Source: an uncultured Clostridia bacterium (lineage in GTDB: Bacteria > Bacillota > Clostridia > Oscillospirales > Acutalibacteraceae). Taken from it: DNA of 64,000 nucleotides. Below, piece after piece: positions 26,489 to 35,761 of this stretch (position 1 is the stretch's first letter; every line of letters begins with the position of its first letter). Location of the stretch: the NCBI GenBank assembly GCA_947623205.1, contig CANQGM010000010.1:12811-76810 (forward strand). Direction: 5' to 3'. The notes below the pieces were generated by a model. The model was not told the DNA's origin. It saw nothing but the letters and a program-made list of their open reading frames with translations, and did not search any database. Both the position numbers and the translations under genes were made by a program.

Positions 26489-28897
26489 ATGCGAAACAAA
26501 CGAGAAACTGACATTAGTCAATATACAGAAAAAAACGGTGTAAACAATTCCGATTTTAAAACACAAAGCAGTTTTAAAATATTTTTAAAAGGACTTGGTA
26601 AAATACTGTTTACAGCATTTTCTGTATGTGTAGTGGCAATGCTTATTGCAGGAATATCAATGTCGGTCTACATTTTTACAATCGCGTCCGAACCTACCGG
26701 TATAGACCTTAAGGCAAAGTCGCTTAATCAAACAAGCTTTATTTATGTAAAGAACGAAAAATCTGATGAATTTAAAAAATACCAAACGCTTTACAGTACC
26801 GAAAACCGCATATGGGTCGATAATCAGAATATTCCGCAGTATATGAAAGACGCCGTTGTTGCAATTGAGGACAAGCGTTTTTTTGACCACCACGGCGTTG
26901 ACTGGGCAAGAACAATGTCAGCTGTAATTAACCTTGCTTCGGGAACCGACACCTACGGCGGCTCTACGATCACCCAGCAGCTTATTAAAAATATTACCGA
27001 TGACAACGAAGTTTCTTTGACAAGAAAACTCAGGGAAATATGTAAAGCGCTTAAACTTGAAAACGAATACACAAAAGACCAGATACTTGAGGCATACCTT
27101 AATGTAGTAAACTTTGGCAACAACTGTCAGGGAGTTGAATCCGCAGCTCAGCTTTACTTTGGAAAAAGCATTAAGGACTGTTCAATTGCAGAGTGTGCCG
27201 CAATTGCGGGAATCACTCAGAACCCTTCGCTATGGAATCCGCTTGTTTATCCTGACAACAACAAAGAACGCCGCGAAATTGTAATTGAAGAAATGTACGA
27301 TCAGAAAAAAATTACAAAGGATGAATATGAGCAGGCTCTAAAAGAATCGGCAAATATGAAGTTTGTAGGTTTCCGTAATAACGATGACGACGATGATGAT
27401 GACGACGGCTATGTTCAGAATTGGTATATTGATGAACTTTTTTATGATTTACGTGATGACCTTGCAACATATTATAATATAAGCAAGGACGCTGCCGAAG
27501 AAAAGCTCTATACCGAAGGTCTAAAAATATACTGTGCAATGGATGAAAAAATTCAGAGTTATCTTGAAAACGCGGCGCTGAATATTGACAAAAGCAACGA
27601 CCCTAATTTACAAACAGGCTCAACTATTATGGGATTTGACGGTCGTGTTATTGCGGCTGTCGGAAGCTCAACTAAAAAAACTGCCGCTCTTGAATGGGAC
27701 AGAGCAACACACTCTGCCTTGCAGCCGGGTTCATCAATTAAGCCCTTATTGGTTTATCCGTATGCAATTGAAAACAAAATGCTTTATTTTTCATCAATGG
27801 TTAAGGACGAGCCCATTGATAACTACAAGCTTGAGGACGGAGTTCTTAAACCGGGACCGGAAAACTCATACCTTTACTATAAAGGAGATATACTTCTTCC
27901 TGACGCAATTGAGTGTTCGTCAAACGCTACGGCGGCACAAACTATGCTGCTTATCGGCGGGCCGTCAGTTGCTTATGAACAGGCTGTAACAAAAATGGGC
28001 TTTAAAAGTCTCACGGAACAGGACGCACAGAACACAGGTGCTCTTTCCATCGGCGGTATGAACGGCGGCGTTTCGGTTCGCGAAATGGCAGCGGCATATA
28101 CATTTATGGGCAACGGTGGTCTTTACTATGAGCCTTATACCTATTATTACGTGACCGATTCCGAAGACAACATAATTATAGATAACCGGGACGCAATTCC
28201 AAAACAGGCTTATTCGGCAGAAACCGCCGCAATTATGAACAGACTTCTTCACTACAATGTTACAAACAGTGTAAATACAAACGCTCAATTTGCAAGAGTA
28301 AGCGGATGGGATATTGTAGGCAAAACAGGTACGACAGATTATGATAAGGACGCGTGGTTCTGCGGCATGTCGCCGTATGCCGTAATGGCAACGTGGTGCG
28401 GCTTTGATTCACCTGCAACAATCACCTATGGAGGCAGAGAAAATCCTGCCAGATTATTTGCAAATGTAATGGCAGAATACCTTAAAGATAAAGAGCAAAA
28501 GCAGTACTCTTTCCCCGCAAACTTGATTGAGGCCCAGTACAATCCGTATTCCGGTCTTATTGTTTCAACTGAAAATGTTTCCGGAAAATATGTAGGTTAT
28601 TACACAGAAGACAATATGCCTTCTTTCGGCGGAAATTATAATTATGACGATTATAATGATGATTCGCAGTATTATTATGAAGGCGGAGAAAATGACTGGG
28701 CAGACGCTGCTGACGACGGCAATGACGGTGACGGCGGCGAAAAGAACAATGCGGTTACTGCTCCTGCTGCCGAGACACCTACGGGTGGAGGAGACAACGG
28801 CGACCAAAACGCCGGGGATAACAACCAAGCACAGGCTAACGACGGCGAAAATAATAATGAAAATGACAATAATGCAGGGGATCCCTCTGCCCAGTAA
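26489..28897 (+). CDS. Class A penicillin-binding protein (PBP1A-like)
   Basis: Transglycosylase motifs EDKRF..HHGVD, GGSTITQQL, RKLRE, YLN; transpeptidase motifs SSIK, SSN, KTGT; acidic low-complexity tail. Confidence 0.95.
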   Translation: MRNKRETDISQYTEKNGVNNSDFKTQSSFKIFLKGLGKILFTAFSVCVVAMLIAGISMSVYIFTIASEPTGIDLKAKSLNQTSFIYVKNEKSDEFKKYQTLYSTENRIWVDNQNIPQYMKDAVVAIEDKRFFDHHGVDWARTMSAVINLASGTDTYGGSTITQQLIKNITDDNEVSLTRKLREICKALKLENEYTKDQILEAYLNVVNFGNNCQGVESAAQLYFGKSIKDCSIAECAAIAGITQNPSLWNPLVYPDNNKERREIVIEEMYDQKKITKDEYEQALKESANMKFVGFRNNDDDDDDDDGYVQNWYIDELFYDLRDDLATYYNISKDAAEEKLYTEGLKIYCAMDEKIQSYLENAALNIDKSNDPNLQTGSTIMGFDGRVIAAVGSSTKKTAALEWDRATHSALQPGSSIKPLLVYPYAIENKMLYFSSMVKDEPIDNYKLEDGVLKPGPENSYLYYKGDILLPDAIECSSNATAAQTMLLIGGPSVAYEQAVTKMGFKSLTEQDAQNTGALSIGGMNGGVSVREMAAAYTFMGNGGLYYEPYTYYYVTDSEDNIIIDNRDAIPKQAYSAETAAIMNRLLHYNVTNSVNTNAQFARVSGWDIVGKTGTTDYDKDAWFCGMSPYAVMATWCGFDSPATITYGGRENPARLFANVMAEYLKDKEQKQYSFPANLIEAQYNPYSGLIVSTENVSGKYVGYYTEDNMPSFGGNYNYDDYNDDSQYYYEGGENDWADAADDGNDGDGGEKNNAVTAPAAETPTGGGDNGDQNAGDNNQAQANDGENNNENDNNAGDPSAQ

Positions 28898-28956
28898 AAT
28901 GATGCAAAATGTATTTATGAGAGTTAATAAAAATCTGAAAGGAACGGTATAAAGAG

Positions 28957-30192
28957 ATGGTATCAGTTGCTATAATGGGGCACGGTGTTGTAGGCTCGGG
29001 CGTAGCGGAGATTCTTACAACACACAAACAAAATCTGTTTTTAAGCATAGGTGAAGAAATTTATGTAAAGCATATCCTTGATTTACGGGACTTCCCCGAA
29101 AGTCCGCTTGCAGACAGATTTACAAAGGATTTTAACGACATATTAAATGACATAGAAGTCAGAGTTGTTGTTGAAGTTATGGGAGGACTTAATCCTGCAT
29201 ACGATTATGTTAAAAAGTGTCTTAAAGCCGGAAAAAGCGTTGTTACTTCAAACAAAGAGCTTGTTGCGGCTCACGGTGCGGAACTTCTTGCAATTGCAAA
29301 AGAAGAAAATGTCAACTTTTTGTTTGAGGCGTCTGTCGGAGGCGGTATTCCCATTATTCGTCCGATGAATCAATGCCTTGTTGCAAACATTGTTGATGAA
29401 ATTGCAGGTATTTTAAACGGCACAACAAACTTTATTCTCACTAAAATGATTGAAGAGGGTATGCAGTTTGAAGATGCACTCAAACTTGCTCAAAAACTCG
29501 GCTTTGCCGAAAGAGACCCCTCAGCCGATATTCAGGGTCACGATGCCTGCCGCAAAATATGTATTCTTGCGTCACTTGCATTCGGAAAGCATGTTTATCC
29601 GGACGCCGTACATACCGAAGGCATTACAGACATAACTTTAGATGATGTCAAATATGCCGAGTCTTACGGCTGCGTAATTAAACTTATAGGCAAAGTAAAA
29701 CGTCTTGAAAACGGTATGATAGACATTATTGTTGCACCGATGCTTGTACCCGAAAAAAGCCAGCTTGCCAATATAGACTATGAATTTAACGGTATTATGG
29801 TTCGCGGCGACTGCACGGGCGACGTTGTGTTCTACGGCAAAGGCGCGGGAAAACTGCCAACGGCAAGCGCGGTCGTTGCAGATGTTGTTGACTGCTGTAA
29901 ACATCTTAAAACCAGAAAATTCCTGTTCTGGGCAGACGGAGATGGAGAAAATATTCTTCCTGCGGAAAAATCTGTTTCCGCAATGTATGTTCGTGTCAAG
30001 GGCGACAATATAATTGTTAAGGCTGAAAATGTATTTGGTCAGATAACAAAAATATGCAGAGCCGACTCATCTTCAGATGAAACTGCTTTTGTCACAGAAG
30101 AAATGCCTTACGGAGAATTTCTTGAAAAAGTATCAAAACTTGAAAAAGACAATGTTAAGGTTCTCTCAAAAATACGTTTAGGTAATTTATAA
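28957..30192 (+). CDS. hom: Homoserine dehydrogenase
   Basis: GHGVVGSG, VVTSNK, EASVGGGIP, NGTTN, GKGAGKLPTASAV. Confidence 0.96.
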   Translation: MVSVAIMGHGVVGSGVAEILTTHKQNLFLSIGEEIYVKHILDLRDFPESPLADRFTKDFNDILNDIEVRVVVEVMGGLNPAYDYVKKCLKAGKSVVTSNKELVAAHGAELLAIAKEENVNFLFEASVGGGIPIIRPMNQCLVANIVDEIAGILNGTTNFILTKMIEEGMQFEDALKLAQKLGFAERDPSADIQGHDACRKICILASLAFGKHVYPDAVHTEGITDITLDDVKYAESYGCVIKLIGKVKRLENGMIDIIVAPMLVPEKSQLANIDYEFNGIMVRGDCTGDVVFYGKGAGKLPTASAVVADVVDCCKHLKTRKFLFWADGDGENILPAEKSVSAMYVRVKGDNIIVKAENVFGQITKICRADSSSDETAFVTEEMPYGEFLEKVSKLEKDNVKVLSKIRLGNL

Positions 30193-30212
30193 TATAAGAG
30201 GAGTATGAGTAC

Positions 30213-31418
30213 ATGAGTTTAATTGTTCAGAAATTCGGCGGCAGCTCGGTTGCGAACGCCGAACGCGTAATGAATGTGGCGTCGATCGTAACAGATACAT
30301 ATGCAAAGGGCAATGATGTTGTAGTTGTAGTATCTGCGCAGGGCGACACAACAGACGACCTTATTGAAAAGGCAAACGAAATCAACCCAAGGGCTTCTAA
30401 ACGTGAAAAGGATATGCTGCTTGCCGCAGGCGAGCAAATTTCAATTTCACTTCTTGCAATGGCAATTGAAAAAATGGGGTTTCCAGTTGTTTCACTGCTC
30501 GGATGGCAGGCAGGATTTCAGACGACCGCTGCACATACAAGCGCAAGGATAAAAAACATTGACACACTAAGAATAAGCCGTGAAATCGACAAAAAAAATA
30601 TTGTTGTTGTTGCCGGTTTTCAGGGTATTACAAAGTTTGGCGATATAACAACACTTGGCAGAGGCGGTTCCGACACAAGTGCCGTAGCTATTGCCGCTGC
30701 AATGCACGCTGATTTGTGTCAGATATACACTGATGTTGAGGGAGTTTACACGGCTGACCCGAGAAAGGTTGAAAACGCAACAAAGCTCCCTGAAATTTCT
30801 TATGACGAAATGCTTGAGCTTGCCACACTCGGCGCTCAGGTACTTAATAACCGTTCAGTTGAAATGGCTAAAAAATACAACATCGAGCTCGAAGTGCTGT
30901 CAAGCATGACAAAAGCTCCCGGTACAATAGTAAAGGAGAAAACTAAGATGGAAAAAATGTTAATCAGCGGTGTTGCAAAGGATACGGATGTTGCGAGAAT
31001 TTCTGTTACTGGTATTCCGGATTTGCCGGGTCTTGCATTTAAAATGTTTTCAAAACTCTCAGCAAAGGACATTAATATTGACATAATACTTCAGTCTATC
31101 GGTCATGACGGCAAAAAAGACATTAGCTTTACTGTGCCTAAAAGCAGAGGAAACGAGGCTGTTGAGTGCCTGACGGATTATATGACAAACCTTGGAGCAA
31201 AGGAAGTGCTCTATGATGACAAGGTGGCAAAAATTTCTATTGTCGGCGCAGGTATGGAAAGTCACGCAGGCGTTGCAACCAAAATGTTTGAGGCCCTATA
31301 CGATGCTCAGGTAAATATTCAGATGATTAGCACAAGCGAAATTAAGGTTTCTGTTCTTATTGACACTGTTGATGCGGATAAGGCTGTAAAGGCAATTCAT
31401 TCAAAATTCTTTGATTGA
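30213..31418 (+). CDS. lysC: Aspartate kinase
   Basis: VQKFGGSSV, TTLGRGGSDT, YTADPR and two ACT domains. Confidence 0.95.
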   Translation: MSLIVQKFGGSSVANAERVMNVASIVTDTYAKGNDVVVVVSAQGDTTDDLIEKANEINPRASKREKDMLLAAGEQISISLLAMAIEKMGFPVVSLLGWQAGFQTTAAHTSARIKNIDTLRISREIDKKNIVVVAGFQGITKFGDITTLGRGGSDTSAVAIAAAMHADLCQIYTDVEGVYTADPRKVENATKLPEISYDEMLELATLGAQVLNNRSVEMAKKYNIELEVLSSMTKAPGTIVKEKTKMEKMLISGVAKDTDVARISVTGIPDLPGLAFKMFSKLSAKDINIDIILQSIGHDGKKDISFTVPKSRGNEAVECLTDYMTNLGAKEVLYDDKVAKISIVGAGMESHAGVATKMFEALYDAQVNIQMISTSEIKVSVLIDTVDADKAVKAIHSKFFD

Positions 31419-31459
31419 TTTTGTGTATCATTCGGCATTTGTAAATTAAACAAATATAT

Positions 31460-31495
31460 GCTTCATACCGCTTTAGCAGGTGTGAAGCTTTTTTT
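31460..31495 (+). terminator. Terminator after lysC
   Basis: GCTTCATACC...GGTGTGAAGC followed by a T7 run. Confidence 0.8.
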
Positions 31496-31503
31496 ATTCA
31501 ACG

Positions 31504-31545
31504 AAAACCGATTGTTTTAATCTTATAAAGAATTAAAACAATCGG
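31504..31545 (-). terminator. Terminator of the small minus-strand ORF
   Basis: 14-bp stem CCGATTGTTTTAAT / ATTAAAACAATCGG with TTTT on the minus strand. Confidence 0.65.
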
Positions 31546-31585
31546 AAGTCAACAATTTACATATAAAAATTATTAATACGTATAA

Positions 31586-31777
31586 TTATTCGTCTATGCC
31601 CTCTCCACCGGGTCCGTCACGGCGATCTCTCTTATCCTCATTGGGGTTTAATCCTGTGCTTACCCACTGGTTATTTGTTGCGGTTTTTTCATCGTGTATT
31701 ACGTTTACAACTGTTTTTTCTTTTATTTTTTCAGGAGAAAATCTGTCTTTAAAAATTTGCTCATTATTGGTTTCCAA
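31586..31777 (-). CDS. Small hydrophilic protein (63 aa) ending NPNEDKRDRRDGPGGEGIDE
   Basis: RBS GAGGTG, then TTG at 31777; own downstream terminator. Confidence 0.6.
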   Translation of the reverse strand: METNNEQIFKDRFSPEKIKEKTVVNVIHDEKTATNNQWVSTGLNPNEDKRDRRDGPGGEGIDE

Positions 31778-31956
31778 AATTATCACCTCGTTAAAAGTAT
31801 GACCGAATTTGGGAATTTTATTATTTAAGGAAGCAATAATAATTTAAAAATAACAGGATAAAAATTTTGTTTTTGCTTTAATGCTATTCATTTTAACTAT
31901 TGTGCAATTCTTGACAAAGCATATTATTTAATATAAAATAGTAGCGTTGCAAAATT

Positions 31957-32033
31957 GTTTCCGTAGCTCAGCAGGATAGAGCGTCCGCCTCCTAAGCGGA
32001 AGGCCAGCGGTTCGAATCCGCTCGGGAACGCCA
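31957..32033 (+). tRNA. tRNA-Arg(CCT)
   Basis: Cloverleaf: acceptor GTTTCCG/CGGGAAC, anticodon arm TCCGC-CTCCTAA-GCGGA, GGTTCGAATCC, encoded CCA. Upstream promoter TTGACA-N17-TAAAAT. Confidence 0.97.
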
Positions 32034-32036
32034 CAA

Positions 32037-32074
32037 AAGCAGGGAGCAGTTCACATTGGAACTGCTCCCTGCTT
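32037..32074 (+). terminator. Hairpin downstream of tRNA-Arg
   Basis: 16-bp stem AAGCAGGGAGCAGTTC / GAACTGCTCCCTGCTT. Confidence 0.75.
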
Positions 32075-32121
32075 GCTAATTAAAATTACTAATTTAAGCT
32101 AAATTATAAAACAAGAAAGAA

Positions 32122-32153
32122 GACGCTGAATCCATGTAAATAGATTCAGCGTC
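32122..32153 (-). terminator. Hairpin downstream of tRNA-Leu
   Basis: GACGCTGAATC / GATTCAGCGTC followed by a T-rich tract on the minus strand. Confidence 0.75.
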
Positions 32154-32156
32154 CAT

Positions 32157-32243
32157 TGGTGCCGGTGGTGGGACTCGAACCCACACACCCTTGCGGATAA
32201 CAGATTTTGAGTCTGTCTCGTCTGCCAATTCCGACACACCGGC
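32157..32243 (-). tRNA. tRNA-Leu(CAA)
   Basis: Minus strand GCCGGTG...GGAATTGGCAGAC, anticodon arm ACAGA-CTCAAAA-TCTGT, long variable arm, GGTTCGAGTCCC, CCA. Promoter TTGATT-N17-TATAAT. Confidence 0.97.
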
Positions 32244-32380
32244 AAATTAGGTTTTTATTATACAATATCATCTAACAAAAATCAAGTTAAAATTTAAGTT
32301 TGTATATTAATTATTTTAAATTCTTATTTTCTTGCAAGTGTTCATTAATTTTAAAGCAAAAATATCAGAAATACAGTACA

Positions 32381-32413
32381 AACAGAGGCAGTTTATAAGT
32401 GACTGCCTCTGTT
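32381..32413 (-). terminator. Terminator of the second feo operon
   Basis: AACAGAGGCAGT / ACTGCCTCTGTT stem. Confidence 0.7.
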
Positions 32414-32558
32414 CTTTTAATAATTATTATTTATTCAGCCGACAAGAAGACGAGGGTCTTGTGGCTGTTCAACGCGCGTTTGTCCGAGCCTCATTGCGGA
32501 AAACTCTCCCGCAAAACTATATACCTTTTTATTTGTGCGTTATTCTGACCCATATAAA

Positions 32559-32732
32559 CTATTTACTCCGGTCACACTTTTCGCTCATAGGGCAATTTGA
32601 ACATCCGCATCCGCAAGAGGTTCTGCCCTTTTTCTTATTTTTTATCATATGTGTTACAACTGCAGCAACAACGGCAATTAATATTACAGATATAACAATT
32701 GTAGCACCGTTTTGAATCAACCATGAAATCAC
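32559..32732 (-). CDS. FeoB-associated Cys-rich membrane protein
   Basis: GTG start after AAGGAG; TM helix then SCGCGCSNCPMSEKC. Confidence 0.88.
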   Translation of the reverse strand: MISWLIQNGATIVISVILIAVVAAVVTHMIKNKKKGRTSCGCGCSNCPMSEKCDRSK

Positions 32733-32764
32733 TGCAAATTCTCCTTTGGTTTTAATGCGCGGCA

Positions 32765-35164
32765 TTATTTTACTTTAATTTTTTGTGTGAGTCTGTTTGC
32801 CTCTTTATACGGCTTAAACAGCATAAATATAATGAATGCAACTATTGCAAATGCAAATATTGAACCTATTATATTGCCCTGACCCGTAAACAGCATACCA
32901 AACTGGTATATCACAAGTGAAACGGCATAGGCAAATACACACTGATAACCTATTGCAAAGCAGGTCCATTTTGCCGAGTTCATCTCTCTTTTAATAGCAC
33001 CGATCGCCGCAAAACAGGGAGCGCAGAGAAGATTGAATGCGAGAAACGAATAAGCGGTAAGCTGTGTTAAGCCTTCAAAATCAAGTACGCCGAATACACC
33101 TACAACCTCTTCTTTAGCGACAAGTCCCATAATTGTTGCAATTGCAGCTTTTGTTTCGCCAAAACCGAGAGGCGAGAAAATCCATCTTATCGCGCTGCCG
33201 ATAAATCCGAGAATACTGTTTTCGAGTTCCATATCAGGGTTAAAGCAAAATACTCCTTCAACAAATCCGAATGATTTTCCTGCCCAAATTATAATTGAAG
33301 AAAGAAGTATTATAGTGCCTGCTTTCTTAATAAACGACCATGAGCGTTCCCACATTGAGCGAAGAATATTACCGACCGTAGGAAGATGGTAGGCGGGAAG
33401 TTCCATTACGAACGGCGCCGGATCGCCTGCAAACATTTTAGTTTTTTTAAGCATAATGCCCGAAACTACAATGGCAGCAATACCAAGAAAATAAGCGCTT
33501 GGCGCAACCCACCATGCAGCGTCAAAAAGCGCCGTTGCAATTAATGCAATTATCGGAAGTTTGGCGCCGCAGGGAATGAACGTAGTCGTCATTATTGTCA
33601 TACGGCGGTCGCGTTCATTCTCAATTGTCCTTGACGCCATAACACCGGGAACACCGCAGCCGGAGCCTATAAGCATGGGTATAAACGATTTACCCGAAAG
33701 ACCGAACTTGCGGAAAATTCTGTCCATAACAAACGCAATTCGAGCCATATAGCCGCAGCTTTCAAGAAATGCAAGAAAAATAAAGAGTATAAGCATTTGC
33801 GGAACAAAACCGAGTACCGCGCCTACGCCGGCAACAATACCGTCAAGAATCAATCCCTGCAGCCAGTCGGCACAGTTTATTGCTTCAAGACCGTTTCCGA
33901 TAAGAACAGGAATACCGGGTATCCAAATGCCGTATTCCTCCGGTCCGGGAGCGCCGTCCATTTTTCCTTCAACTAAGGATGAAATATCATAGTTTTCTTC
34001 TGCAAGTGAATCCGCATATGAACCGTAAGCCTCGTCAAATCCTGCAAAGTCGCCGTCTTCAAAAGCTGCCAGAATATCATCTGCGCCGATAACGCCTGCG
34101 TCTGCTGCTTTTTGAATTTCATTTTTGAGTTCATCTGTAAAAAGATTTTCAGCGGCATACTCATTTGTGGCGTCTTCATATTCCGAAGCACCTATACCGA
34201 ACAAATGCCAGCCGTCACCAAACAATCCGTCGTTAGCCCAGTCGGTAAATACCGTACCTACCGTTGAAACCGAAATGTAATAAACAATACACATAATAAT
34301 TGCAAAAATCGGAAGCGCCGCCCAACGGTTTGTTACAATCTTATCTATTTTATCAGAGGTCGAAAGTTTGCCTGCGCTTTTTTTCTTATAGCAGCCTTTC
34401 ATTAACGTGGCAATATATACATATCTCTCGTTTGTTATTATGCTTTCGGCATCATCGTCGCATTCTTCTTCAGCCGATTTAATGTCCTCTTCAATATGTG
34501 CAAGAATATCCTTATCCAAATTAAGCTGTTCAAGCACTTTTTCATCGCGTTCAAAAATTTTGACCGCAAACCAGCGCTGACGCTCCTGGGGCATATTATG
34601 TAATGCAGCCTCTTCAATGTGAGCTATCGCATGTTCAACTGCGCCCGAAAAGGTATGCATAGGCACGGGCTTTGCATTATTTGCTTCTTCAATTGCGGCC
34701 TCTGCCGCTTCCATAATTCCTGTTCCTTTTAGAGCTGAAATTTCAACGATTTTACAGCCAAGTTCCCGTGAAAGCTCATCTACATTAATTTTGTCGCCGT
34801 TTTTCTTAACAACATCCATCATATTTATGGCTATAACAACGGGAATACCGAGCTCTGTAAGCTGTGTTGTCAAATATAGATTTCTTTCAAGATTTGTACC
34901 GTCAACTATGTTCAGTATTGCGTCGGGCCGTTCCACAATAAGATAATTTCTTGCAACGACTTCCTCAAGCGTGTACGGAGAAAGCGAATAAATACCGGGA
35001 AGGTCGGTAATTGTTACATCATTGTGCTTTTTTAGCTTGCCCTCCTTTTTTTCTACTGTAACGCCCGGCCAGTTGCCTACAAACTGATTCGAACCGGTAA
35101 GCGAATTAAACAGGGTCGTTTTACCGCTGTTCGGGTTGCCTGCCAAAGCAATTTTTATGCCCAT
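32765..35164 (-). CDS. feoB: Ferrous iron transport protein B (copy 2, with an acidic loop insertion)
   Basis: GNPNSGKTT, VGNWPGVTVE, GSGCGVPG, FIPCGAK, APFVMELP, LLCAPC. Confidence 0.96.
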   Translation of the reverse strand: MGIKIALAGNPNSGKTTLFNSLTGSNQFVGNWPGVTVEKKEGKLKKHNDVTITDLPGIYSLSPYTLEEVVARNYLIVERPDAILNIVDGTNLERNLYLTTQLTELGIPVVIAINMMDVVKKNGDKINVDELSRELGCKIVEISALKGTGIMEAAEAAIEEANNAKPVPMHTFSGAVEHAIAHIEEAALHNMPQERQRWFAVKIFERDEKVLEQLNLDKDILAHIEEDIKSAEEECDDDAESIITNERYVYIATLMKGCYKKKSAGKLSTSDKIDKIVTNRWAALPIFAIIMCIVYYISVSTVGTVFTDWANDGLFGDGWHLFGIGASEYEDATNEYAAENLFTDELKNEIQKAADAGVIGADDILAAFEDGDFAGFDEAYGSYADSLAEENYDISSLVEGKMDGAPGPEEYGIWIPGIPVLIGNGLEAINCADWLQGLILDGIVAGVGAVLGFVPQMLILFIFLAFLESCGYMARIAFVMDRIFRKFGLSGKSFIPMLIGSGCGVPGVMASRTIENERDRRMTIMTTTFIPCGAKLPIIALIATALFDAAWWVAPSAYFLGIAAIVVSGIMLKKTKMFAGDPAPFVMELPAYHLPTVGNILRSMWERSWSFIKKAGTIILLSSIIIWAGKSFGFVEGVFCFNPDMELENSILGFIGSAIRWIFSPLGFGETKAAIATIMGLVAKEEVVGVFGVLDFEGLTQLTAYSFLAFNLLCAPCFAAIGAIKREMNSAKWTCFAIGYQCVFAYAVSLVIYQFGMLFTGQGNIIGSIFAFAIVAFIIFMLFKPYKEANRLTQKIKVK

Positions 35165-35258
35165 TGATCATCTTCCTCTCTATAAATATCGATACATTTG
35201 GTAAGTCTGAACTAACCAAATTCCCAAAAAAATACGGGAATAATCCCCGCTGAACAAT

Positions 35259-35480
35259 TTATTCAACTTCAATCATTTCCGCGTCCGCTTTACGAATGGA
35301 AAGCTCATAACCCCGAACGGTTACCTCTATCGGGTCGCCGAGAGGTGCAACCTTACGGATGTTGACCTCAACGCCTTTTGTTATTCCCATATCCATTATC
35401 CTGCGCTTAACGGCGCCCTCTCCGTGAAGTTTGACAACCCTTACGGTATCGCCTACTTTTGCCTGCCTGAGTGTATTCAT
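35259..35480 (-). CDS. feoA: Ferrous iron transport protein A
   Basis: MNTLRQAKVG..KRRIMDMGITKG..APLGDPIE..RGYELSIRK. Confidence 0.95.
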   Translation of the reverse strand: MNTLRQAKVGDTVRVVKLHGEGAVKRRIMDMGITKGVEVNIRKVAPLGDPIEVTVRGYELSIRKADAEMIEVE

Positions 35481-35548
35481 TCTATTGTCCTCCTGAATAT
35501 TTTTTAAGACAGCACCGCAAAATTTCATTACGCGGCTTTGCCCATAAA

Positions 35549-35761
35549 TCATATCATAATTTTTTGAGCCATTTCTTTGCTGATGGCCACGCGAGCCTCT
35601 TTTACATTTACTATTACATTTCCGCCCATAACAGTAATAACGGTTACGTTTCCTCCAGCAACAAAGCCGAGATTTTCAAGGTGCTTTTTTATTTCCGGTT
35701 TACCGCCGACTTTTTTAATTATGTTTTCCTCGCCTACATTGGCAAGCGTTAATGGCATCAT
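35549..35761 (-). CDS. feoA: Ferrous iron transport protein A (second paralogue)
   Basis: MMPLTLANVGE..KKHLENLGFVAG..NVKEARVAISKEMAQKIMI. Confidence 0.92.
   Translation of the reverse strand: MMPLTLANVGEENIIKKVGGKPEIKKHLENLGFVAGGNVTVITVMGGNVIVNVKEARVAISKEMAQKIMI

Noticed and set aside
28898-30212. Lysine riboswitch or threonine T-box before hom and lysC
   Set aside because: Intergenic gaps are only about 60 and 20 nt, leaving no room for such a leader.
31800-32560. Prophage or genomic island at the tRNA pair
   Set aside because: No integrase, no duplicated tRNA 3' end, and no foreign-looking gene block.
32332-32715. 127-aa plus-strand ORF
   Set aside because: TTG start without RBS; crosses a terminator and is antisense to the Cys-rich Feo gene.
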